In this document: one piece after another, positions 10,509 to 18,967 of the stretch
Layout of the letters: every line of letters begins with the position of its first letter
How positions within the stretch are numbered: position 1 is the stretch's first letter
DNA from: an uncultured Acidimicrobiia bacterium
GTDB taxonomy: Bacteria; Acidobacteriota; Terriglobia; Versatilivoradales; Versatilivoraceae
NCBI GenBank assembly: GCA_963752385.1
Contig: CAVVYL010000010.1
Span: 41,285-105,284 of the forward strand
Direction of reading: 5' to 3'
DNA: 64,000 bases
The notes under the pieces: generated by a model
Told to the model about the DNA's origin: nothing
What the model saw: the letters and a program-made list of their open reading frames with translations, nothing else
Database searches by the model: none
Translations under genes and position numbers: made by a program

Positions 10509-11315
10509 ATGCCAATGCAATTCGAGAACCGAACAGTCCTGGTGACCGGTGGAGGCTCTGGCATTGGTTTGGCGATGGCAACGCGTTTTGCCGCAGAGGG
10601 CGCGGCCGTCGTGATCGCCGACCGCGATGAGAATCGAGCGACCGACGCGGCCCGACAGATCTCAACCAGCGGTGGAAAGGTGATCGCCACCCACACGGAC
10701 GTGAGCATCTCGCTGGAAGTCGACTCGATGGTGGCTATGGCGGAGAAGTCCTTCGGTCAGATCGACGTGCTCATCAACAATGCGGCTAGTTGCGTCGGAG
10801 ACAATCTCACGCGAATGACTGAAGAAATATGGGACCGTGACCTGACGATTTGTCTAAAGAGTGCCTTTCTCTGTTCCAAGCGTGTCCTCCCAGGAATGAT
10901 CGAACGCCGAGGCGGAGTCATCGTCAACATCGCCTCGGTCAACGGGCTGGGCTACTTCGGTAATGAAGCTTACAGCGCTGCTAAAGCAGGAATCATCAAC
11001 CTTACTGGAAGTCTGGCGGTTCGTTACGGCCGTTACGGCATTCGTGCCAACGTCATCGCTCCAGGCTCGATCCGCACGCCAGCTTGGCAGCAACGGATCG
11101 AAAAGGATGCAGATGTTTTCGAACGCTTGAAGAAATGGTATCCACTGGGACGGATTGGTGAACCCGAAGACGTGGCCAATGCTGCTCTCTTCCTGGCTTC
11201 GGACGCGGCCTCCTGGATCACCGGTATTGTACTGCGCGTGGACGGCGGTTTGATGGCCGGAAACCCAGTGATGGCGGAAGAGCTGCTCGTGGAATCGAAC
11301 GATGCGGAAGTGTGA
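10509..11315 (+). CDS. short-chain dehydrogenase/reductase (SDR)
   Basis: 268-aa ORF with cofactor motif VTGGGSGIGLA, NNAA, and catalytic S...YSAAK, followed by PGSIRTP. The start may instead be the ATG at 10515. Confidence 0.9.
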   Translation: MPMQFENRTVLVTGGGSGIGLAMATRFAAEGAAVVIADRDENRATDAARQISTSGGKVIATHTDVSISLEVDSMVAMAEKSFGQIDVLINNAASCVGDNLTRMTEEIWDRDLTICLKSAFLCSKRVLPGMIERRGGVIVNIASVNGLGYFGNEAYSAAKAGIINLTGSLAVRYGRYGIRANVIAPGSIRTPAWQQRIEKDADVFERLKKWYPLGRIGEPEDVANAALFLASDAASWITGIVLRVDGGLMAGNPVMAEELLVESNDAEV

Positions 11316-11362
11316 GCACAGAAATCGTTTCCAGTTAGGAACGCGGAACAAATCTAGAGAGG

Positions 11363-12556
11363 TTGCTCGCTGTCCTCCTCGCGAGTGGGTCTCTGTTGAA
11401 GGCCGCGGATCGGGATTTCGGTCCAGCGCAGTTTCACCCGCACGTGATCGAATCGAAACTTCCTGGAGGTTACGCGCTTCTCGTCACGGACATTAACAAT
11501 GACGGGCGGCCCGACGTCGTTGGCCTCTCCACGCGCATGGCCGAGCTGGCGTGGTATGAAAGTCCGAACTGGGATCGTCATGTCTTGGTCAGCGAGATGA
11601 ACGGTTTGGTCAACATGGCAGCCCATGACCTCGACGGAGATGGCTTTCCGGAACTTGCGCTCGAGAGCGAATTCAGCATGGTGGCTGCAAAGAGCCAGGG
11701 ATTCATCTGGTTGCTCAAACACCGGGGTGATCCCCGCCAACCCTGGCAGCCTGCCAAGATCGACGCGTTAACCACTTCGCATCACCTGGCTTGGGCGGAC
11801 ATCGATGGGGACGGCAAGAAGGAGCTGATCAATGCGCCACTCATCGGTCCTAAGGCGCTGGCGCCCAAGTACGAGGGTCGTGTGCCGCTGGTCTATTACC
11901 GCATCCCGCGAGAACCCCGTGACGAATGGAAGCGCCTGCTGATCGACGACCAACTGACGGGTGTGCTGCACCGCGTTCGGGTTGTCCGTTGGACTCCAGA
12001 AAAGCGTGAACAGCTGCTGACAGCAGGATTCAATGGAATCGTCTTTCATCAAGCCATTGGAAAGGGCAACACACTCCGCTGGGAAAACCTGCTACTGGCC
12101 AAAGGCCATGAAGAGGAAGCCCCACGGGTGGGAACCAGTGACGTGGCTGTCGGACAACTGAAGAAAACCCGGATCCTGGCCGCTGTGGAGCCTTGGCACG
12201 GAAACGAGGTGGTGGTCTATACTCGCAACAGATCCGGCCAGTGGCAGCGTCGTGTCATCTTCGCCGAACTTAAGGAAGGTCACGAAGTGTGCATTGGCGA
12301 CCTCAATGGCGATGGCCGGGACGATATCGTGGCCGGCGATCGTGCCAGGGGCGAAGTAGCCAGCACCCATATTTTCTACTCAAGGGATGATGCCGGCACC
12401 GACTGGCACCACGAGGTTCTGGACCACCTTGGCATGTCGGCCTCGGGCTGTTCAGTCACCGACATCAATAGCGACGGACGCCTTGATGTTGTCCTCATCG
12501 GCAGCGCCACTGCAAACATCAAGTGGTACGAGAACCTAGGACCGGATGGACAGTGA
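11363..12556 (+). CDS. FG-GAP/VCBS repeat protein (secreted)
   Basis: 397-aa ORF with a TTG start in the track and a short N-terminal hydrophobic leader. It has five D-x-N/D-x-D-G-xx-D calcium-loop repeats (DINNDGRPDVVG, DLDGDGFPELA, DIDGDGKKELI, DLNGDGRDDIV, DINSDGRLDVV). Confidence 0.7.
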   Translation: MLAVLLASGSLLKAADRDFGPAQFHPHVIESKLPGGYALLVTDINNDGRPDVVGLSTRMAELAWYESPNWDRHVLVSEMNGLVNMAAHDLDGDGFPELALESEFSMVAAKSQGFIWLLKHRGDPRQPWQPAKIDALTTSHHLAWADIDGDGKKELINAPLIGPKALAPKYEGRVPLVYYRIPREPRDEWKRLLIDDQLTGVLHRVRVVRWTPEKREQLLTAGFNGIVFHQAIGKGNTLRWENLLLAKGHEEEAPRVGTSDVAVGQLKKTRILAAVEPWHGNEVVVYTRNRSGQWQRRVIFAELKEGHEVCIGDLNGDGRDDIVAGDRARGEVASTHIFYSRDDAGTDWHHEVLDHLGMSASGCSVTDINSDGRLDVVLIGSATANIKWYENLGPDGQ

Positions 12557-12699
12557 GCATGGGATTCCTCCCAGCGGCAATGGAGCTCGCGCAGCACATG
12601 TGGGCGGGGAATGAGAATTCTTGGTTTCATAATTGGGAGCAACGCGGACCTGCGCTGGTTACAGGTTCTGCAACCATAAGCAAATGCGTTTTGGGCTTT

Positions 12700-13281
12700 T
12701 CAGTTGTCGACCGAGGGTTCAGCTTGTCCGAATAGTCTGTTTCGACCCCAGTGAGCCAGGACCACCAATGCGAGCACCTCAAACAGACAGGAAAGCCAGA
12801 CTAGCGGAAAAGCACCGTAAGCGGCTTCGACGATCACATTCAGGATGAGTGTCATCCCTACGGCGATCGGAACGACAGCCAGATGAGATCTCAGAACATA
12901 CTGATAGACTAGCCACAACAGCAGACCAAGGGTGCTTCCCGACAGAAACCAATAGCCAACCGTTTCGACGGCTTCCGTTCCCGTCAAGATTAGTCCGAGG
13001 ACGATACAAAGGACTGCCGTCATGCCTCTTTTGCGGTTGCCCGCGTGCGAAATCTGTTCGAGCATTCCAAAAGCCAGCAGCATCACGACCGTGGCGACCA
13101 CCCAAGTCTGAGTCCCGCTGAGGATTCCACTGATCCAGGGAAGATAGGCTGCGGAGGGCTCGTAGTCGGCAAATTCAGGTGAAAGATCGGGACCAAACCA
13201 ACTGGCAAACCCGGCCATCACTCCTGCCAGCACTATTGCCACGCTGGCGCCGCGGATCCAGCCGTGAAGGCCGAGATCCAT
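12700..13281 (-). CDS. polytopic membrane protein; probably the displaced C-terminal part of the upstream CPBP ORF
   Basis: 193-aa ORF that is strongly hydrophobic throughout (about 5-6 TM segments). It overlaps the 3' end of ORF 13175..16087 by 107 nt in a different frame. See the finding on this junction. Confidence 0.5.
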   Translation of the reverse strand: MDLGLHGWIRGASVAIVLAGVMAGFASWFGPDLSPEFADYEPSAAYLPWISGILSGTQTWVVATVVMLLAFGMLEQISHAGNRKRGMTAVLCIVLGLILTGTEAVETVGYWFLSGSTLGLLLWLVYQYVLRSHLAVVPIAVGMTLILNVIVEAAYGAFPLVWLSCLFEVLALVVLAHWGRNRLFGQAEPSVDN

Positions 13282-16045
13282 TCGCTGGCTTTGGAATCAT
13301 CCTGGCAAGATACCCCATAACCAAGGCGAACAAGAGCGCCTGCAGGAGAGCGCCCACCAACGCTCCGGCAATCGTAATCATCAGTTGATGACTCAACGGC
13401 TCGGAGGTGGAAAAGCCAGCCTGCACCGAAGGCCACTGGTTCCAGCCATTCAAGATCTGGAAGACAAACACCAGCAGCACCACCTGAACGAACACCGAAG
13501 TCGAAAAGTCTCTCCGGCTCCATTGAACAATCGCAAGTACGCCAGCGGCCAGCAGTCCCAGTCCGAGAAACGACCAGCACGCGATGCGGATCAAGTCAGC
13601 GATATTCCGGTCGCTGCGCTCCTTGCGCTGCCATTCTTCGGGAACAAAAACAAACCGGTGGGCATCGGCAACCTGATCGCCAGCAACGGTAATCGCCATA
13701 CGCCCTTGTCCCACTTTAAGCGGATAGTTTCGTGGATCTGAAAAGGTAAAGACCCAATCCGTCCTTTTGGGCAACTTTGAAGCTACGGCTGAAACCTCCT
13801 GCAGCTGGGCCGGATCCAGCTGAAACCTGGTTCTGAGGGCTTCGTGAGCCACCCTTCGGGCTTCGGCTTCCGCAAGATTCGCGCCAGGAAGAGACTCTGG
13901 AAGTTGGTGGCTGACTCGGATGACGGCTCCGTCCCGGACAATCGCCACGTTGTACTCTTCGGTTCGCTCGACAATGTCGCCCGTAAATCGGGCAAAACGC
14001 ACGTTCCAACCTGGTGGATTCAGATAACTACCCATTAACCGGCGATACGTTTCCTCTCCCCCCACTTGCCAGACAAAGCGATCCTGTTGGTCGACACCTC
14101 CCTGCACTGACGGCAGCACTTCCCACTCTCGAGCCAGCTTCGCCCCCTGCCGTTCAAGCGTCTCCTGGGCAATGCGAATGGCTTCCGGACGACCTATGGT
14201 CAGTGGCGCAGCATCTTGCTCGAAGCGCGTGCTGAGCATCCAGAGAGCGAGTCCTGCGGCTGCTGCCAGCAAAAGCCAACGGGCGGAAAGAACAGGGCTC
14301 GACGTCGCTCGTTCTTCTTCTTTCTCGCGTATCTCTACCGCAACTGGTTCAGGTTGCCAGGTGCGGTTGTGGTGTTTCTCAGTCAACGCGAGCCACTTTC
14401 CAGTTCGAAGCCGAACACGCAGAACGACCCAGAGCGGTGTAAGGGTGAGCAATACCACCATCACTTGGCTGATCCACACTCCGCTGGCCGTTGAGACGAA
14501 CAGCGGGATGGAAAACCAGACCACATCGAAGGTGAAGTGCGAGATGATGGCCGGCAGCAGACCGAAGGTGAGGTAGAGACCGCCAAAGACAAACGAAGGA
14601 ATGATGAGCTCCACGACTCGGGCATAGGCCGGCTGGCTCGGGTAATTGGCGTGTCCTGCGCCAAAAATGAGTGCCTGAAGCACAAACCCAGCCGCTAGAA
14701 ACCCTTTCCGAGAGCCGAAGCGATCGCCCAGCAAAGCTGCTCCAGCCAGCGGAACTGCCCGGAAGAGGCACTCTTCCCAGAATCCGGCTTGCAGGGACTG
14801 AGCGATGGGCGACAGCCACGGGAAGTAAGTGGCCAGGACATTCGGTTGGAACAGGACGTCGGAGGGCGTCCACCAGCCAAACCTCCGCGTGGTCAAGAAG
14901 TAAGTGGCCACGACAAACGCAAAATCAAGGCCCACAACTAGGTATCCACCCAATGTGTGGCCAAGCACGGAGAGAGAGCTTGCCGTGTCGGGCGACCAGA
15001 GCTTCCAGAACCGGATCAGATGAGGAAAGGCCTTCCTTGTCAGACTCTCGGCAGCCATGAAGGTCAGCGTCAGTAGCAAGGTCCATAAGAAAAATCCACC
15101 CAGGGCCGCCAGGAGCTGCCGCGTCAGAAACTCCCGGGCCGACAGCGCCGTGTCGTACTGCATCCAGCTGAGCGGCAGCTCACTGATATCGCTCAAAAGA
15201 TTTAGGAAGGCAATGAAGAGTCCCCAGAAGAGCGGCTTCCGCCAGAGAACCCGGCGTTGCCGCAGCAGGAAGAAGAGCCCCACCGCACAGCCGCCCACAA
15301 TGTAGAGAATGAGCATTGCAAACGAGGCAAAGGCGGCGATGGTATTGTTGGCAGATCGCATTTCCTCGTAGCGGCGTTCGAAGGCTTCCGGCACTTTGAT
15401 GAAATGAGTGAGTTCTGTAAGCTTGTCTCCGCCAACCACCAGCCGCAAGCGATACAGTCCTTCGCCGATCTTGCGATCTGGGCGTTCGTAGACAAACGCA
15501 TGATCAGTTCGCCCGCCGGGGCGCCTCTCTTGCGAGGATTCGATCAGAACATATTCCGCTAAGCGGATCTGCCAGTCTGTCGCGGCGGCGTGTTCAGCGA
15601 TCGGGCGCGCTGCCTCGGGAGCCAGACTGGAGCCTGGCGCCTCCTCACGAAGCTTCTCCAGGAACCCGTAAGGCGTGCCTTCCGGGGTGAAACGAACGAG
15701 AGTCTCGTGCGCTTCTCCCTCCTTGAAATGCCGAACGCGCCAGGTGTATGGGGCGTACAGGCCTTCCCGAAGCAACTCACGGAAAGCCTTGCTTCGTCCG
15801 ACCTCCAGCTCAACATAATTCTGAACGGTCCCATCCAGCTCAAACGAGGCGGCCTGGGAGAATCCTTCTGGACCCCACTGAAATCTTGCCGCCAGATTTC
15901 GGGCTGAGCCCAGAGCTGTGGCTCGATCCATCTTAAGGTTGAGAGTGACAATCGGAAAGGCTTCTGAGAAGTAGCGGAGCGTGAAGACAATACCAACGAG
16001 AGAAACGAGGGTAAGGGAGATCCAAAAGATGGGTTTGCGGGACAT
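13175..16045 (-). CDS. large CPBP-family (CAAX-type) intramembrane metalloprotease with extra-cytoplasmic domains
   Basis: The ORF track gives 13175..16087. I start at MSRKPIFWISL (16045). CPBP motifs are present: EECLFR (EExxxR), FGAGH and HFTFD within a multi-TM core. Large soluble segments flank the core on both sides. The last ~35 aa are Arg/Ser-rich and non-membrane-like, which suggests an out-of-frame tail. Confidence 0.8.
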   Translation of the reverse strand: MSRKPIFWISLTLVSLVGIVFTLRYFSEAFPIVTLNLKMDRATALGSARNLAARFQWGPEGFSQAASFELDGTVQNYVELEVGRSKAFRELLREGLYAPYTWRVRHFKEGEAHETLVRFTPEGTPYGFLEKLREEAPGSSLAPEAARPIAEHAAATDWQIRLAEYVLIESSQERRPGGRTDHAFVYERPDRKIGEGLYRLRLVVGGDKLTELTHFIKVPEAFERRYEEMRSANNTIAAFASFAMLILYIVGGCAVGLFFLLRQRRVLWRKPLFWGLFIAFLNLLSDISELPLSWMQYDTALSAREFLTRQLLAALGGFFLWTLLLTLTFMAAESLTRKAFPHLIRFWKLWSPDTASSLSVLGHTLGGYLVVGLDFAFVVATYFLTTRRFGWWTPSDVLFQPNVLATYFPWLSPIAQSLQAGFWEECLFRAVPLAGAALLGDRFGSRKGFLAAGFVLQALIFGAGHANYPSQPAYARVVELIIPSFVFGGLYLTFGLLPAIISHFTFDVVWFSIPLFVSTASGVWISQVMVVLLTLTPLWVVLRVRLRTGKWLALTEKHHNRTWQPEPVAVEIREKEEERATSSPVLSARWLLLAAAAGLALWMLSTRFEQDAAPLTIGRPEAIRIAQETLERQGAKLAREWEVLPSVQGGVDQQDRFVWQVGGEETYRRLMGSYLNPPGWNVRFARFTGDIVERTEEYNVAIVRDGAVIRVSHQLPESLPGANLAEAEARRVAHEALRTRFQLDPAQLQEVSAVASKLPKRTDWVFTFSDPRNYPLKVGQGRMAITVAGDQVADAHRFVFVPEEWQRKERSDRNIADLIRIACWSFLGLGLLAAGVLAIVQWSRRDFSTSVFVQVVLLVFVFQILNGWNQWPSVQAGFSTSEPLSHQLMITIAGALVGALLQALLFALVMGYLARMIPKPANGSRPSRLDPRRQRGNSAGRSDGRVCQLVWSRSFT

Positions 16046-16168
16046 TGACGAGTGGCTAGTAGCGAGTGATGAGTGGCTGGTGATCAACGGCGAAGGCGGC
16101 GAAGCTACATGCGTAGAGCGAGCTGCGAAAAGCGACCCTTTTTTCTGTTCCTTGCCACACCTTGCACG

Positions 16169-17062
16169 TCAAAGCAATACCGGTGAATATTTTCTGGCAA
16201 TCTGGTTGAGCTGCCCGGTGAGTCGGGGAACGGCCGTGCTAGGATTTTCCTCCGCTTCGTACTCAAGAGCCAGATATCCTTTGTATCCGCCCTTGGCCAG
16301 CATTTCCATAATGCGGTTCCAGTCGGAAGGAGACTCCTTACCGGCTTCTTTGATCTCCGTTTTGAACTGAACGTTGACGGTGTAGGGAACACAGGCTTCG
16401 ATCTGAGAATAGGCATTGCTTTGAAAATTGCCAGTATCCAAGTTGATGCCAACCCACGGGGAGTCGACTTGCTTCACGATCTGGATGATCCGCTCCGCCT
16501 TTTCGGTGATCCCACCGTGATTCTCCAACCCGAGGATCACTCCCCTTTTTCCGGAGTAGTCACTAGCCCGTTTCAGGACTGTCGCGACCCACTGAACTGC
16601 CTGGTCCTCAGTGCTGCCTTTTGGCACATCGCCTCCAAAGACACGAATATGGCCGGCTCCCAACTTGGCTGCCACATCAACCCACTTCTGAATTTCCGCA
16701 AGCTCAAGAGTTTGAAGGTCTGGAGTTGGGCGGCACATGTCGGTCCGGATGGAGATACTGTAAATCTCGACCGCCATCTTGTAGGCCAGGCGGCGCAACG
16801 GAAGCAGAAATGCGTCCGAGGTGTTCGGGAACCAATAAACCGTCAAGTCCAATCCATCGACATCCAGTTCCACGGCCAGGCGCACCAGATCGTCGTAGGT
16901 CATTGCTTTGGCCTTCAGAGCTTCGCGGAAGGAGTAAGCACAAATGGCTGTCCGTAATCTCGTTCTCTTGGCGACCGACTCGCGAGAGTCCAAACCGAAA
17001 GAGGGCGTCCTTAGGGCAGTTGCGAAGAAAGGAATGCTTTTTAGGAGGGTTCTGCGGTTCAC
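16169..17062 (-). CDS. Tat-exported xylose isomerase-like TIM-barrel protein
   Basis: 297-aa ORF with a GTG start preceded by AAGGAG. Twin-arginine leader MNRRTLLKSIPFFATALRTPSFG, then a TIM-barrel sugar-phosphate isomerase/epimerase-like sequence (GLENHGGIT, INLDTGNF, ALEYEAE). Confidence 0.85.
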   Translation of the reverse strand: MNRRTLLKSIPFFATALRTPSFGLDSRESVAKRTRLRTAICAYSFREALKAKAMTYDDLVRLAVELDVDGLDLTVYWFPNTSDAFLLPLRRLAYKMAVEIYSISIRTDMCRPTPDLQTLELAEIQKWVDVAAKLGAGHIRVFGGDVPKGSTEDQAVQWVATVLKRASDYSGKRGVILGLENHGGITEKAERIIQIVKQVDSPWVGINLDTGNFQSNAYSQIEACVPYTVNVQFKTEIKEAGKESPSDWNRIMEMLAKGGYKGYLALEYEAEENPSTAVPRLTGQLNQIARKYSPVLL

Positions 17063-17203
17063 TCGAATCTCCTTGTCAAAAATTCACTCCCGGCGGCTGT
17101 GAATAGTAGCAGTGGCAGGAAGCAGAACCATAGCCGCTCGCTGGTGGGCTTGTCAAGCAATGACGGCAGCGCTGGCCGTGCCGAAGAAATGTGCTTGCAG
17201 CCT

Positions 17204-17485
17204 TCAGAGGTATGGGTCATTCTTAGGCCGAGGGGAAGCAGTCCTCTCCTGAATGACAGCAATAGGCCCAGCCACTTCCTCATTCAGAGTCTGCTCTTTC
17301 TCGCGACCGTCTCGGACCAGCCGAGCCCGGCTCAGATGACATTTGAAACAAGTGGTAGCGAGCGAACCCAGACCGCCGATGGGCGGGAGGTTTGTATCAT
17401 ACCCCTCATCCTCTAACTCCCTTTCCCTCCGCAGGAGCGCGAGGAGGAGCAGGGTTTTGACGATTTTGTGAACCGTCTTCGCCAA
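17204..17485 (-). CDS. possible small protein with a CxxCH haem-c motif (speculative)
   Basis: This is the only open frame in the 465-nt gap between 17062 and 17528. From TTG at 17485 it reads (M)AKTVHKIVKTLLLLALLRRERELEDEGYDTNLPPIGGLGSLATTCFKCHLSRARLVRDG...GPIAVIQERTASP. CFKCH is a c-type haem-binding motif. The context weakly resembles planctomycete-type cytochrome (PSCyt1) domains. There is no clear RBS. Confidence 0.2.
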   Translation of the reverse strand: MAKTVHKIVKTLLLLALLRRERELEDEGYDTNLPPIGGLGSLATTCFKCHLSRARLVRDGREKEQTLNEEVAGPIAVIQERTASPRPKNDPYL

Positions 17486-17527
17486 GTGGGATGAGTACTT
17501 CAACCATAGAACACAGGAAGTGCATCC

Positions 17528-18508
17528 ATGAGAACCGCTGAAGCCTTCCAAGCCTGGGGACGCGTCTTGACGGGAAGGTATCCCACCCTGTCTGTCGAAA
17601 TTACGCGCGAGTGCCCACTTCGTTGCCCCGGGTGTTACGCCTACGAGGACATGCATTTGGGAGGCGGCATCAAGCTTCGACAGCTCGCTGACTTCAAAGG
17701 GGACGCTCTGGTCGCAGCAGTGCTGGCTCTTGTGAGACGGCATCGGCCGCTCCACCTCTCCATTGTCGGCGGCGATCCTCTCGTGCGCTTCCGGGAGGTA
17801 GACACCCTTCTTCCCTGCCTAAACCAGATGGGAATTTTTGTCCAATTGGTCACCAGCGCTTTCCGGCCGATCCCGCATTCCTGGGGACGACTGTCACGGC
17901 TGAACCTGGTGGTCTCAATCGATGGACTACAACCCGAACACGACGCGCGAAGAAGCCCGGCCACCTACGAAAGAATTCTCAAAAACATTACGGGACATCA
18001 GGTGATTGTTCATTGTACGGTCACTGGGCAGATGATGAAGAACACTGGATGTTTGGATGAGTTTCTCGCCTTCTGGTGTCCTCGCCCGGATGTCAAAAAA
18101 GTCTGGGTGAGCCTCTTCACACCCCAGCGCGGGATTCATTCCCCGGAATGTCTGACACCGGAGGAACGCGATCAGGCAATCGAGGATCTTCTCCGTCTGC
18201 GTCACAGGTTCTCGAAACTAGATATGGGAGAAGGCACAATCCGCGAGTTCGCCCATCCACCTCAGTCGCCGCAAGAGTGTATCTTCGCTCGAACCACTCT
18301 GAACCTTTCAGCTGACTTACGGACGAAGATTTCGCCCTGTCAGTTTGGCGGGGATCCAGACTGCTCCCGATGCGGATGTCTCGCCTCGATAGGCTTAGCC
18401 GCAATCGGCCACCATGAACTGCCCGGTGGAATTAGTGTGGGAGCGGTTTTTGAAGCGTCAGCTCGAATCGGTGAATGGGTTTCGAAACTCCGCATTGGCC
18501 ATGCGTAG
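17528..18508 (+). CDS. radical SAM enzyme with C-terminal Cys-rich (auxiliary cluster-like) region
   Basis: 326-aa ORF with the CxxxCxxC motif in ITRECPLRCPGCYAY and a GG-type SAM motif (SIVGGDPL). The C-terminal cluster is CQFGGDPDCSRCGC. I cannot assign a subfamily. Confidence 0.85.
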   Translation: MRTAEAFQAWGRVLTGRYPTLSVEITRECPLRCPGCYAYEDMHLGGGIKLRQLADFKGDALVAAVLALVRRHRPLHLSIVGGDPLVRFREVDTLLPCLNQMGIFVQLVTSAFRPIPHSWGRLSRLNLVVSIDGLQPEHDARRSPATYERILKNITGHQVIVHCTVTGQMMKNTGCLDEFLAFWCPRPDVKKVWVSLFTPQRGIHSPECLTPEERDQAIEDLLRLRHRFSKLDMGEGTIREFAHPPQSPQECIFARTTLNLSADLRTKISPCQFGGDPDCSRCGCLASIGLAAIGHHELPGGISVGAVFEASARIGEWVSKLRIGHA

Positions 18509-18900
18509 ACGGAACGAAGGCCCCACTGTTACGAAGCGTTGTGTTTGATCCAACCGGAGCGACCGGTTTCTTCAGCTGCATCAGATCCCGCCGAAAGACC
18601 ACAATTGCGCCGCCTCGCGACTTGTTGAAAATTCTGACGAGGATTTCGAAACTTCTTCCGCCAGAAGAAGCCAGCTATCATGCCACACAGCACTCTTGTC
18701 CACGGCATCGCTAGCCAACCGGCAGCCGAGGTGCTGCCTAAATTCCGGCGTCAGTTCTGGCGCGTGATGATAATATTCCGCTCGCTGCGCGGGGAGTCAC
18801 GTCAACCATGGGTGTATTGGCCGATGTTCCCTACGACAAGCCCGTTCCCAGGTGAGGCAATGCAAGAAATCTCAACGAGGGACAAGGTATCAAAGACGAG

Positions 18901-18937
18901 AAAGCCCTTGAGAACTCGTATGAATCTCAAGGGCTTT
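18901..18937 (-). terminator. stem-loop downstream of rpoC (likely operon terminator)
   Basis: Perfect 13-bp inverted repeat, aaagcccttgaga (18901-18913) and tctcaagggcttt (18925-18937), with an 11-nt loop. It lies 31 nt past the rpoC stop. On the minus-strand RNA it is followed by CUCGUCUUUGAUACC, a weak U-tract. Confidence 0.6.
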
Positions 18938-18967
18938 GTAAGTCAAGTGAGGGGGAGAAGGAGCTAG

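Noticed and set aside
16040-16087. Short tandem-like repeat (gagtggct.gt.. twice) giving ITSHSSLATSHSS at the 5' end of the CPBP ORF
   Set aside because: It lies upstream of the more plausible start (MSRKPIFW at 16045). It is a trivial 2-copy repeat with no further structure.
17486-17755. Upstream part of the 183-aa minus ORF 17204..17755
   Set aside because: It runs antisense through the start of the radical SAM gene, including its CxxxCxxC region. Only the part within the intergenic gap is kept, as a low-confidence candidate.
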